A stretch of DNA of 64,000 nt. It comes from an uncultured Myxococcales bacterium. GTDB lineage: Bacteria; Myxococcota_A; UBA9042. Shown here piece by piece: positions 56,000 to 64,000 of this stretch (the first letter of the stretch is position 1; the number at the start of each line of letters is the position of its first letter). The notes under the pieces were generated by a model, which was not told the origin of the DNA, did not search any database, and saw nothing but the letters and a program-made list of their open reading frames with translations. The stretch is from assembly GCA_903929795.1 (NCBI GenBank), contig CAIYWC010000039.1, positions 9,220-73,219 on the forward strand, in the 5' to 3' direction. The translations under genes and the position numbers were made by a program.

Positions 56000-58900
56000 A
56001 TGACCCCACCTCGCATTTTTAACCCGCTGCAATCCCTGATGATTTGCGCGCTGACGACAGCCTTGGCGGCGTGCTCGTCGGGCACGCAGGGCGACACGGC
56101 TGGCGCGGCGGATGCGGTTGCGGGCGTCGATGCGCTGCCGACCCAGGTGGGGACGTTGAAGCTGCTGTCCGTGACGCCCAACGCAGGTCCGCTGGCGGGC
56201 GGCGGGCAGCTGGACCTGACCGGCGTCGGTTTTGCCGATGATGCGCGGGTTTTTCTCGGCGACCAGGAGTGCACCATCGCCTGGCGCGGCGGCAAGACAC
56301 ACCTATACGCCGTCGTGCCGGCGGTTGACGCCCCGGCGTCGGTCGACGTGAAAGTGCAGAGCGGCGTGGATCCGGGCGGCGCACCGCGGTTTGTCGGCCT
56401 CACGCGCGGCTACTCCTACGTGGGCGAAACGCGCGCCGACAGCTTCGCGCCCACGCAGGGACCGGTCGAAGGCGGCACGCAAATCACCGTCCGCGGCAGC
56501 GGTTTTCGCCCCGGCGACAAAGTGCTCATCGGCTGGCGCGAAGCGAGCGCCAACCAAGTGATCGACGAGACGACGCTGATCGCGCTGACGCCGCCCGCGA
56601 CCGACATCGGCACGGCGGATGAGGAAAAAGCGACGGTGGCGGTGCGCAATGCGAGCGGCTTGGCCGTACTGACCGGGTCGTTTCTCTACGGGCGGGCGCC
56701 GCAAATCCTGCAAGTGGAGCCGAGCCTCGTACCGCAGGCGGGCGCGGATGTGACGCTGCACGGGCAGGCGCTCGGGCACGCGGACGAGCTGTACGCGGGC
56801 GGGCTGGCCGCGCCGTTGGCGGCCGGTACGGCGAGCGACGTGCGGGGTGCGACGATCCCGGCCATGACGACGCTGAACGCCCAAGCGCAGCCCGGCGTGC
56901 GGGACATGCTGGTCAGCAGTCCTTTTGGCGCGACGCTGCTGTCCCCGGCGTTTGCCTATGCCGGTCCGGTGACGGCGTCCCAGCTGCTGGGCCTCGCGCC
57001 GGCGCAGGGTCCGGTGAGCGGTGGCACGGTCGTGGCGCTGCTGGCGGCGCTGCCGGCGGGCGCAAAAGTGACCGGCGTGACCTGGGATGGCGGCGCGCTG
57101 CAGTTCACCCAGACGGCGACGCAGCTGATGGTGCAGACGCCGGCCCATGACGCGGGCGCGATCGCGGTAGCCATCCAGACCGACCACGGCGATGCCGCCC
57201 TGCCCGCGGCGTTCACCTACCTGGTTGTGCCGCACATCGATGAAATCCTGGCGAATTCCGGACCGCCGAGCGGCGGAACCAGCGTGCTCATCAGCGGCAG
57301 CGGCTTTGCGGGGAACTGCATCGTCCGCATCGGCACCTGGCAGGCGCAAATCCAGAGCATGGACGCCACGGCGATTCACGCCACGACGCCGCCGGGACCG
57401 CTCGGCAGCGCCGACGTCGTGGTGACCTGCAGCGGCCAGAGCGGCACCTTGCCCGGCGGCTTCGAGTTCACGGACGGCCTGCCGCACATCGACGCCGTCG
57501 TGCCCATCCAGGGCGCCACCGGCGGCAGCACACCCGTCACCGTCTACGGCAGCGGCTTCCAGACCGGCACCAAGTTCTTTTTTGGCGGCAAAGCGGCGAC
57601 CAACGTCGCGGTGCTCGACAGCGGCCGCGCGGAGATGCTGACGCCCGCGCACGATGCCGGTGGCGCCAACGTCGACGTGATCCTCGGCGCCACGACGGAA
57701 ACGCTCCTCAACGGCTACCTCTACTTCGACCCGACGGCGTCTGACGGCGGCACCTGGGGCGAGCAGATCGGCGGCACGCTCAACGTCACGGTCATCGACT
57801 ACTACACGCACGCCGGCATCCCGGACGCGACGGTGCTCCTTGGTCAGACCGGCGACCCCATCCTGAGCAAATACAAAGGCATCACCGATCAGGCCGGCCA
57901 GACGGTGTTCAGCGGCGCGGACGTGGTCGGCCCGCTCACGGTCTCCGCGGCCAAGGCAGACTACAGCGCGAGCTCCATCGTCTCGTTTGACGCGCGCAAC
58001 GCGACGCTGATCCTCGTGCCGTTGTCGCCTTCAGGCTCAGGCGGCGGCACCCCGCCTCCGACGCCGGCGGATCCGCTGCTGGAAGGCACCGTGCGCGATA
58101 CGGAAAAGTACATTTCCGTGCCGCCCAGCAACTGCTTGAAAGGCAGCGACGCCGGCGACAAAACGTGCGACACCTGCGCCACCGACGCCGATTGCGTCAG
58201 CCTGCCCAGCGCCGTGACCTTCGCCTGCATCGACAACGGCCCAGCGGGCAAGCGCTGCCTGGGCGACTGCACGACCGGCAACGTCTGCGGCGCCGGCTTT
58301 GGCTGCTACGCGGAATCGACGCGGCCTGGCCACGCGGTTTGCAAGCCAACCGCGGGTATTCGAAAGGTATATTGCGCAACGAGCCAGCGGGACACGCAGA
58401 CGCCGAACGTGCCCTCGCCCTCGGGCGACCCGACGCTGGACGTCATCGGCGTGCTGCCCTACGCGGCGACTGCGGTGGACGAGGCGACCGGCCATTTCCA
58501 GTTGACTGGACGCCTGGACGAGCTGGCGATCGTGTGCGTGGGCGGCTATGTGACAAACGACACCAAGGTGTTCGTGCCGACCGCGATGGGCATCCGCCGC
58601 CACGTCTTCCCGCAGCCGTACAACGGGCCGGGCGACGAGGTGGCCGGGCTGGACATCAGCCTCGACATCCCGCTGACGCGTAACCTGCCGACGCGTTTGG
58701 ACCATCCGCAGACGAACTTTCCGGCAAGCCAGGGCGGATCGCAGGAAATCGACGCGTGGTTTGACCTGGGATCGGACGGCGTGATCGAGCTGCTGGTCCA
58801 GAGTTCGCCCGGCAATGCGAGCGCTTCCGGCGTGAAAAGTGATCTGACGCTGCCGCACCTACCGATGACGCTGCCGGCGGAACTAACCGATACGACTTGG

Positions 58901-60241
58901 ATTTTTCAGGCGGTGGTGACATACGGCGCGGGCGTGGCGGGCAATCCGCCGGAGGCCGGGACGCGGGCGACGGACATCAAGACGCCGGGGGACCTGGACG
59001 TGCGCGTGCGGTCGAGCAACGGCCAATGGAGCGACGTGGCGCTGGGCGTGGCGCAGGAGTTGACGGGCATCCTGGTCGGCGTGGACGACACGCTGCTGGT
59101 GGTGACGCGGCGCGGCATGCTGTACCGCGGGCCGCTGGCGGCGCTGGTGCCGATCTACCAGCCGGTGATTCTGGACCCGTATGCCGAGCCGCTGGCGGTG
59201 CTGGCGGCGGCCGGAACGCCGACCGACGCGACGCTGGTGGGCGAGCTGGGACTGGTGCGGCGGCTGCACGGCAAGAACGTGGTGGAGGAGGCGGGCGCGG
59301 CCGTGACGACGCTGCGGTCGGTGTGCCAAAACGCCACGCTGCGGGCCGCGGTGGGCGATGGCGGCGCGCTGGAGATCGACAGCGGTTCGGGCTGGCACGC
59401 GCTGGCGGTGACGCCGCCGGTCGACCTGCGCGCGGTTGTATGCACGGACGCGGGCGCGTGGGCGGTAGGCGCGGCGGGGACGGTGGTTCAGGTGCAGCTG
59501 GTCGGCGGGCAGCCGGTGGTGGCGCAGTCGGTGCTGGACGCGTCGCTGGACTTGTACGCGCTGACGCAAACGCCGGACGGCGCGCTGTGGGCGGCGGGGC
59601 AGACGGCGACGGGCGCGGCGCTGTGGCAGCTGCCCAAGGCCGGGAAATGGCAGGACGCGTGGCCGGCGGGCGCGAATCCAGCGACGGTGCGCGGGCTGCG
59701 CGTGCTGGTGCCGCTGCCGAACCAGACGCTGCTGGCGACGGATCGCGAAGGCGGCCAGTGGCGCATCGACGCGTTGGGCGTGACGGACGAGTCGCCGGAT
59801 CGCCTGGACCAGCGGCCGGCGGCGGGCGTTGCGCTGTCGGATGGCTCCGCGGTGCTGGTCGGCCAGCCTGGGCTGTGGCTGGGGCCGTTTCTGACCGTGC
59901 CGTCGATTGCCAGCCCAAATGCGCAGAGCGCGATGCCGTTCAGCGTGACATGGTCTGCCGCGCCGGGCCGTCTTCCGTCGTGCAACCGGATTCACCTCGA
60001 CGGCAGCGGCTTCCCGTTCTGGTGGAGCTACGTCGCGCCGGACGTGACAACTTTCGCCCTTCCCGACTACTACGCCATTGACGGCATTGCCATTTTTCCC
60101 AATAATCCCGCGTACCAGTGGCTCGCGCAGGTCGACCGTATCTTCATCCCAGGCACGACCATCAACAGCTTCACGACCTACAACCTGGAGTGGGGCACCT
60201 GGCAGTCGTGGTCTACGAACACGGTGCTCTTTCACCCGTGA
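56000..60241 (+). CDS. Giant (1413 aa) lipoprotein with multiple IPT/TIG (Ig-like) domains and a Cys-rich segment
   Basis: RBS gagcggag before the ATG at 56000. Lipobox LTTALAAC. About 7 repeats of ...P..GP..GGT.(V/I).(L/V).G.GF...... typical of IPT/TIG. Cys-rich region CLKGSDAGDKTCDTCATDADCVS... Confidence 0.75.
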   Translation: MTPPRIFNPLQSLMICALTTALAACSSGTQGDTAGAADAVAGVDALPTQVGTLKLLSVTPNAGPLAGGGQLDLTGVGFADDARVFLGDQECTIAWRGGKTHLYAVVPAVDAPASVDVKVQSGVDPGGAPRFVGLTRGYSYVGETRADSFAPTQGPVEGGTQITVRGSGFRPGDKVLIGWREASANQVIDETTLIALTPPATDIGTADEEKATVAVRNASGLAVLTGSFLYGRAPQILQVEPSLVPQAGADVTLHGQALGHADELYAGGLAAPLAAGTASDVRGATIPAMTTLNAQAQPGVRDMLVSSPFGATLLSPAFAYAGPVTASQLLGLAPAQGPVSGGTVVALLAALPAGAKVTGVTWDGGALQFTQTATQLMVQTPAHDAGAIAVAIQTDHGDAALPAAFTYLVVPHIDEILANSGPPSGGTSVLISGSGFAGNCIVRIGTWQAQIQSMDATAIHATTPPGPLGSADVVVTCSGQSGTLPGGFEFTDGLPHIDAVVPIQGATGGSTPVTVYGSGFQTGTKFFFGGKAATNVAVLDSGRAEMLTPAHDAGGANVDVILGATTETLLNGYLYFDPTASDGGTWGEQIGGTLNVTVIDYYTHAGIPDATVLLGQTGDPILSKYKGITDQAGQTVFSGADVVGPLTVSAAKADYSASSIVSFDARNATLILVPLSPSGSGGGTPPPTPADPLLEGTVRDTEKYISVPPSNCLKGSDAGDKTCDTCATDADCVSLPSAVTFACIDNGPAGKRCLGDCTTGNVCGAGFGCYAESTRPGHAVCKPTAGIRKVYCATSQRDTQTPNVPSPSGDPTLDVIGVLPYAATAVDEATGHFQLTGRLDELAIVCVGGYVTNDTKVFVPTAMGIRRHVFPQPYNGPGDEVAGLDISLDIPLTRNLPTRLDHPQTNFPASQGGSQEIDAWFDLGSDGVIELLVQSSPGNASASGVKSDLTLPHLPMTLPAELTDTTWIFQAVVTYGAGVAGNPPEAGTRATDIKTPGDLDVRVRSSNGQWSDVALGVAQELTGILVGVDDTLLVVTRRGMLYRGPLAALVPIYQPVILDPYAEPLAVLAAAGTPTDATLVGELGLVRRLHGKNVVEEAGAAVTTLRSVCQNATLRAAVGDGGALEIDSGSGWHALAVTPPVDLRAVVCTDAGAWAVGAAGTVVQVQLVGGQPVVAQSVLDASLDLYALTQTPDGALWAAGQTATGAALWQLPKAGKWQDAWPAGANPATVRGLRVLVPLPNQTLLATDREGGQWRIDALGVTDESPDRLDQRPAAGVALSDGSAVLVGQPGLWLGPFLTVPSIASPNAQSAMPFSVTWSAAPGRLPSCNRIHLDGSGFPFWWSYVAPDVTTFALPDYYAIDGIAIFPNNPAYQWLAQVDRIFIPGTTINSFTTYNLEWGTWQSWSTNTVLFHP

Positions 60242-60262
60242 GCGCGAACTAGCGCTTTATTC
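60242..60262 (+). terminator. Short hairpin (agcgc-gaacta-gcgct) followed by TTTATT, immediately after the giant IPT/TIG gene
   Basis: Inverted repeat plus a T-rich tail seen directly. Confidence 0.3.
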
Positions 60263-60282
60263 ACTGGATATTTATCAAGCTC

Positions 60283-61317
60283 ATGCGCATCCTGACCGAC
60301 CGCGATTTGGAAGTCCTGCAGGCCGCGGAAGAACGCGCGGCGATTTTTGGGCGCGATGACCTGCAAGCCATTGAGGTCACGGGGAAAGATCGGGTCAAGT
60401 ACCTGCAGGCGATGATCACGCAGGACGTCGTCGGCCTGGCGGACGGCGCGGTGACCCAAGCCTGCCTGTGCGAGGCGCAGGGCAAAATCCTGGCGATTTT
60501 CAAGCTGTTCAAGGAGCCGGAGCGGATCTGGCTGTGGACGGACTTTGCGAACGCGGCATTTTTGCGCGACCACCTCGACCGCTACACAATCATGAATGAG
60601 GTCGAGTTGGAGCTGCGGCCAGAGCTGGCGGCGGTGACGCTGGTCGGGCCGCAAGAGCTTGTGATTGCGCAGGAATTGCACCTACCGGCGGGCGAACCGG
60701 CGACGGTGGTGGACGCGACGGTCGCTGGCGTGGCCATGCGGACCTGGCGCGCGACCACGGGCGATCACCGGCCGCGCGGCCAGCCGCTCCCGGAGCGCTG
60801 GTTCATGCTGCCGCGCGACGCGGTGCCGGAGCTGGTGGCGGCGCTGACGGCTGCGGGCGCGCGGATCGGCTGCCATGCCGCGCAGGACGCGCTGCGGATT
60901 CTGGCCGGCGAGCCGCTGCTGCGGGGCGATATCGAGGACGGCAGCCTGCCGCTGGAGGTCGGCCTGCGCGGGACGGTGAACTACCGCAAGGGCTGCTATG
61001 TCGGCCAGGAAGCGATCGCGATGATGACGTACCGCGGGCAACTGCGGCGGCATTTGTGCTGGGTGACCGTGCTGGAAGGCCAGCCACAGCCGGGCTGGCA
61101 GCTGCGGACCGAGGACGGCAAGCGCGCGGGGAAGATGGGCACGGCGGTGCAGCTGGCAGGAAATCGCGCGCTGGGGCTGGCGACGATTGCCCGAAAGGTC
61201 TACGTTCCCGGCGGCGTTCTGCTGGCACAGGACGAGGCGACGGGCGAGCGGGCACGCGTGCGCGTGGGTGCGACGACCCAACCAGACGTCTTTCCGGCAA
61301 ACGAGCGTGTGGCATGA
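60283..61317 (+). CDS. ygfZ: Folate-binding protein YgfZ-like (GcvT-fold, Fe-S cluster maintenance)
   Basis: Contains the YgfZ signature KGCYVGQE (NYRKGCYVGQEAIAMMTYRG). Aminomethyltransferase-like fold, about 344 aa. Confidence 0.75.
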   Translation: MRILTDRDLEVLQAAEERAAIFGRDDLQAIEVTGKDRVKYLQAMITQDVVGLADGAVTQACLCEAQGKILAIFKLFKEPERIWLWTDFANAAFLRDHLDRYTIMNEVELELRPELAAVTLVGPQELVIAQELHLPAGEPATVVDATVAGVAMRTWRATTGDHRPRGQPLPERWFMLPRDAVPELVAALTAAGARIGCHAAQDALRILAGEPLLRGDIEDGSLPLEVGLRGTVNYRKGCYVGQEAIAMMTYRGQLRRHLCWVTVLEGQPQPGWQLRTEDGKRAGKMGTAVQLAGNRALGLATIARKVYVPGGVLLAQDEATGERARVRVGATTQPDVFPANERVA

Positions 61318-61874
61318 TCGTAGGACTGACTGGACGCAATGCGTCGGGCAAAGGCACCGTGGCGGCTTGGCTGGAGAGCCAGGGCTTTGGCTACACGTCG
61401 TTGTCGGACGCGATTCGCATCTACCTGACTGAAAATGGTAAGGAAACTTCCCGGGACAACCTGATCGCCGCCGGGACCGCGCTGCGCCAGGAAGGCGGTC
61501 CGGGCGTGCTGGCTGAGCGGACGCTGCCGCGGATCGCGCCGGGCGTGGACTTTGTGGTGGACAGCATTCGCAACCCGGCTGAGGTCGCGGTGCTGCGGCG
61601 GCGCCCGGATTTCCTGTTGCTGGAAGTCGCGGCGGACGAGGCGATGCGCTACCAGCGGCTGGCGCTGCGGAGCCGCGCTGGCGATGCCCAGAGCTTTGAG
61701 GAATTTCGCCGCCAGGAGGCCGCTGAGCTGGCGTCCGGCGATCCGTCCGCGCAGCAATTGCTCGCGACGGCGGCGCTGGCGGACGTCGTCGTGCAAAATG
61801 ATGGTGATCTCCAAGCGTTGCACGGCGCGCTGACGCTGCTGCTGCCGATGCTGCGCAAGCGCGTGGCGCGCTGA
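61314..61874 (+). CDS. P-loop nucleotide kinase-like protein (dephospho-CoA kinase-like Walker A)
   Basis: MIVGLTGRNASGKGTVAAWLESQGFGYTSLSDAIR resembles the CoaE N-terminus GLTGGIGSGKST. About 186 aa. ATGA overlap with ygfZ. Confidence 0.5.
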   Translation: MIVGLTGRNASGKGTVAAWLESQGFGYTSLSDAIRIYLTENGKETSRDNLIAAGTALRQEGGPGVLAERTLPRIAPGVDFVVDSIRNPAEVAVLRRRPDFLLLEVAADEAMRYQRLALRSRAGDAQSFEEFRRQEAAELASGDPSAQQLLATAALADVVVQNDGDLQALHGALTLLLPMLRKRVAR

Positions 61875-62040
61875 CACGCCCGCGAGACGCAAGCGACCTC
61901 GGCTGGCAAACACTTGAAACAGTTGGCATTCACCGGGACCGGCGCGCGCACGGTCGGACCAAACAGCACAGGGCCCTTTGCCCAAGGCCCATTCCCCGCT
62001 ACACTTTGCGCGCCGAAAGCGCGTCGGCCAGAGGTGATTT

Positions 62041-62742
62041 GTGAAACTGTCAGTCGTTATGCCGTGTTACAACGAGAAGAAGACCATTCGCACCATCGTC
62101 GCGCTGGTGCTGCAGCAGCCTTTTGACATCGAGCTGCTGATTGTCGACGACGGCTCCAAGGACGGAACCCGCGACATCCTGGCCGAATTGGCCCTGCAAT
62201 ATCCACAGGTTCGCGTGCTGCTCCAGGACGTGAACCAAGGCAAAGGCGCGGCGCTGCGGCGCGGCTTTGCCGAGGCGACGGGCGACATCGTGCTGGTCCA
62301 GGACGCGGACATGGAGTACGACCCCGGCGAGTACGGCCACCTGGTGCAGCCGATCCTCGACGGCAAGGCCGACGTGGTCTTTGGCTCGCGTTTCGCCGGC
62401 TCCGCGCACCGCGTGCTGTATTTCTGGCACACCGTCGGCAACCGCGCGCTGACGACTTTCTCCAACATGGTCACGGACTTGAACCTGACAGACATGGAGA
62501 CTTGCTACAAGGTCTTCCGCCGCGAGGTCATCCAGTCGATCAAGCTGGAGGAGAACCGCTTTGGCATCGAGCCGGAGATGACGGCGAAGCTCGCGGCGAT
62601 GCCCAACCTGCGGATTTACGAGGTGCCGATCTCGTACGACGGTCGCACCTACGCGGAAGGCAAGAAGATCGGCGTCAAGGACGGCTTTCGGGCGCTCTAC
62701 GCGATTACCAAGTACGGACTGCGCACGAAATTGCTGAAATAA
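62041..62742 (+). CDS. Family 2 glycosyltransferase (dolichyl-phosphate mannose synthase-like)
   Basis: [15 protein letters not shown]...[12 protein letters not shown]...[12 protein letters not shown]... shows GT2 DXD motifs. GTG start at 62041. Confidence 0.85.
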   Translation: MKLSVVMPCYNEKKTIRTIVALVLQQPFDIELLIVDDGSKDGTRDILAELALQYPQVRVLLQDVNQGKGAALRRGFAEATGDIVLVQDADMEYDPGEYGHLVQPILDGKADVVFGSRFAGSAHRVLYFWHTVGNRALTTFSNMVTDLNLTDMETCYKVFRREVIQSIKLEENRFGIEPEMTAKLAAMPNLRIYEVPISYDGRTYAEGKKIGVKDGFRALYAITKYGLRTKLLK

Positions 62743-62763
62743 ATCGGCAACTTCAGGAACGGC

Positions 62764-64000
62764 ATGGTCTTTTCCTCCACCCTGTTCCTGTTCATCTTCT
62801 TGCCGATCGCCGTCGGCGGCCACTTGCTGTTGCCGCCCAAGCTGCGCAACCTCTGGCTTTTGCTGGTCAGCCTGCTGTTCTACGCTTGGGGCGAGCCGCA
62901 GCTCGTCTGGGTGATGCTGGCGACGATCGCGTCCAACTACGTGTTTGGCCTGTGGATTGGCAAGCTGCGCGGCACACCCGCGGCCAAGCGCGCGCTCGCG
63001 GTGGCGGTGACGGTTGATTTGGGCGTGCTCGCGGCGTTCAAGTACGCGGGCTTCGCGGCGACGACGGTCAACGGCCTGACGCACGCGCTGGGCCTGCCTG
63101 CCCTGCCCGTGCCGCAGTGGGTCATGCCGCTGGGCATCTCGTTTTTCACCTTCCACGCGATGTCGTACGTCATCGACGTCTACCGCGGCGACGCGCAACC
63201 ACAGAAGAACCTTGCAGATTTGGCGCTGTACGTCACGCTGTTTCCACAGCTGGTCGCGGGGCCTATCCTGCGCTACCACGAGGTCGCGTGGCAGTTCCTG
63301 GGCCGCAAGCTGTCGCTGTCGGGCGCGGCGTACGGGATGCAGCGGTTCCTGGTCGGCATGGGCAAGAAAGTGCTGGTCGCCAACACGCTGGGCGTGCCCG
63401 CCGACCGCATCTTTGCGCTGCCGCCGGATCAGCTGGGGCTGGCGACGTCCTGGCTGGGCATCCTCTGCTACACCGGGCAAATCTACTTTGATTTCAGTGG
63501 CTACTCCGACATGGCGATCGGTCTTGGCCACATGCTCGGCTTTCGCTTTCCGGAGAATTTCCGCTGGCCGTACGCGTCGCAGAGCATCCGTGAGTTCTGG
63601 CGCCGCTGGCACATCTCGCTGTCCAACTGGTTTCGCGACTACCTGTACATCCCGCTTGGCGGCAACAGGCGCGGCGAATTCCGCAATGCTTTCAACCTCG
63701 TGACGGTGTTCTTCCTCTGCGGACTGTGGCACGGCGCCAGCTGGGCGTTCATCGCCTGGGGCCTCTACCACGGCGCGTTTCTGGCGCTCGAGCGCACGCG
63801 CTGGGGCCGCTGGATGGACGCGCTGCCGCGGCCGCTGCGCCACGGCTATGCGCTGCTGGTGGTGATGATCGGCTGGGTACCGTTTCGCGCGCCGACGCTG
63901 ACGCAGACCTGGCCGTTTTTCAAGGCGATGGCCGGCCTGGGCGGCCCGTCGGACGTCTGGCCGGTGCTGCAGTTTCTGACGCTGGACGTGGCGGTGGCGC
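62764..64000 (+). CDS. MBOAT-family membrane O-acyltransferase (AlgI/DltB-like); partial, continues beyond the window end
   Basis: Starts 21 nt after the GT2 gene. ...FFTFHAMSYVIDVYRG..., ...REFWRRWHISLSNWFRDYLYIPLGGNRRG... and ...CGLWHGASWAFIAWGLYHG contain the MBOAT His motif region. No stop is reached in the window. Confidence 0.85.
   Translation, partial: MVFSSTLFLFIFLPIAVGGHLLLPPKLRNLWLLLVSLLFYAWGEPQLVWVMLATIASNYVFGLWIGKLRGTPAAKRALAVAVTVDLGVLAAFKYAGFAATTVNGLTHALGLPALPVPQWVMPLGISFFTFHAMSYVIDVYRGDAQPQKNLADLALYVTLFPQLVAGPILRYHEVAWQFLGRKLSLSGAAYGMQRFLVGMGKKVLVANTLGVPADRIFALPPDQLGLATSWLGILCYTGQIYFDFSGYSDMAIGLGHMLGFRFPENFRWPYASQSIREFWRRWHISLSNWFRDYLYIPLGGNRRGEFRNAFNLVTVFFLCGLWHGASWAFIAWGLYHGAFLALERTRWGRWMDALPRPLRHGYALLVVMIGWVPFRAPTLTQTWPFFKAMAGLGGPSDVWPVLQFLTLDVAVA

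Noticed and set aside
61875-62040. Hairpins gggcc-N10-ggccc and gcgcgc-cgaaa-gcgcgt upstream of the GT2 gene as a riboswitch or attenuator
   Set aside because: The stems are short with no conserved riboswitch core recognisable. I mention them only as possible promoter-region structure.
1-64000. tRNA/rRNA genes, IS elements, integrases, phage or toxin-antitoxin modules, defence systems (RM, Cas, Gabija-like ATPases, etc.)
   Set aside because: Scanning both strands found no tRNA-like acceptor/T-arm signatures, no transposase, recombinase or nuclease motifs, and no GC-content dip. The region looks like core chromosome.

Overview
This is a 64-kb window of very GC-rich (~70%) bacterial chromosome that reads as core Myxococcota, not a mobile island. 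Evidence for the taxon: a matrixin-like metalloprotease ending in a MYXO-CTERM sorting signal, several eukaryotic-like Ser/Thr kinases, slime-mold-type Cys-rich repeat lipoproteins, NHL and IPT/TIG giant lipoproteins, and PEGA and DUF1566 domains. I found no tRNA, rRNA, CRISPR array, IS element, integrase or phage gene. About 45 genes are called on both strands. Housekeeping blocks are kynA (tryptophan 2,3-dioxygenase), glgC-glgA, glk divergent from sucA-sucB-lpdA, alkA-like glycosylase, pepP, apaG, a histone-deacetylase-family protein, SppA, YgfZ, a GT2 glycosyltransferase and an MBOAT O-acyltransferase that runs off the 3' end. These are interleaved with a dense set of exported proteins: an AI-2E permease, a C45 Ntn-hydrolase lipoprotein coupled to an outer-membrane barrel, a Sel1-repeat lipoprotein and two tandem DsbA-like isomerases. 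The most unusual candidate module is a co-directional run from 38.5 to 45.1 kb: a duplicated ThyX-fold protein in which the catalytic RHR motif appears replaced, followed at short gaps by a Tat-exported SpoIVB/S55-like serine protease, a secreted beta-propeller/Ig-like protein and a lipoprotein. Other notable points: two DUF1566 (Lcl C-terminal) occurrences, one fused to a Ser/Thr kinase and one in a decayed, frameshifted lipoprotein gene next to a 42-bp x5 tandem repeat. kynA is bracketed by two cNMP-binding paralogues. A kinase carries a ~350-aa Ala/Lys/Pro-rich histone-H1-like tail. Four ATGA start/stop-coupled gene pairs occur. The many long antisense ORFs in the six-frame track are high-GC artefacts.
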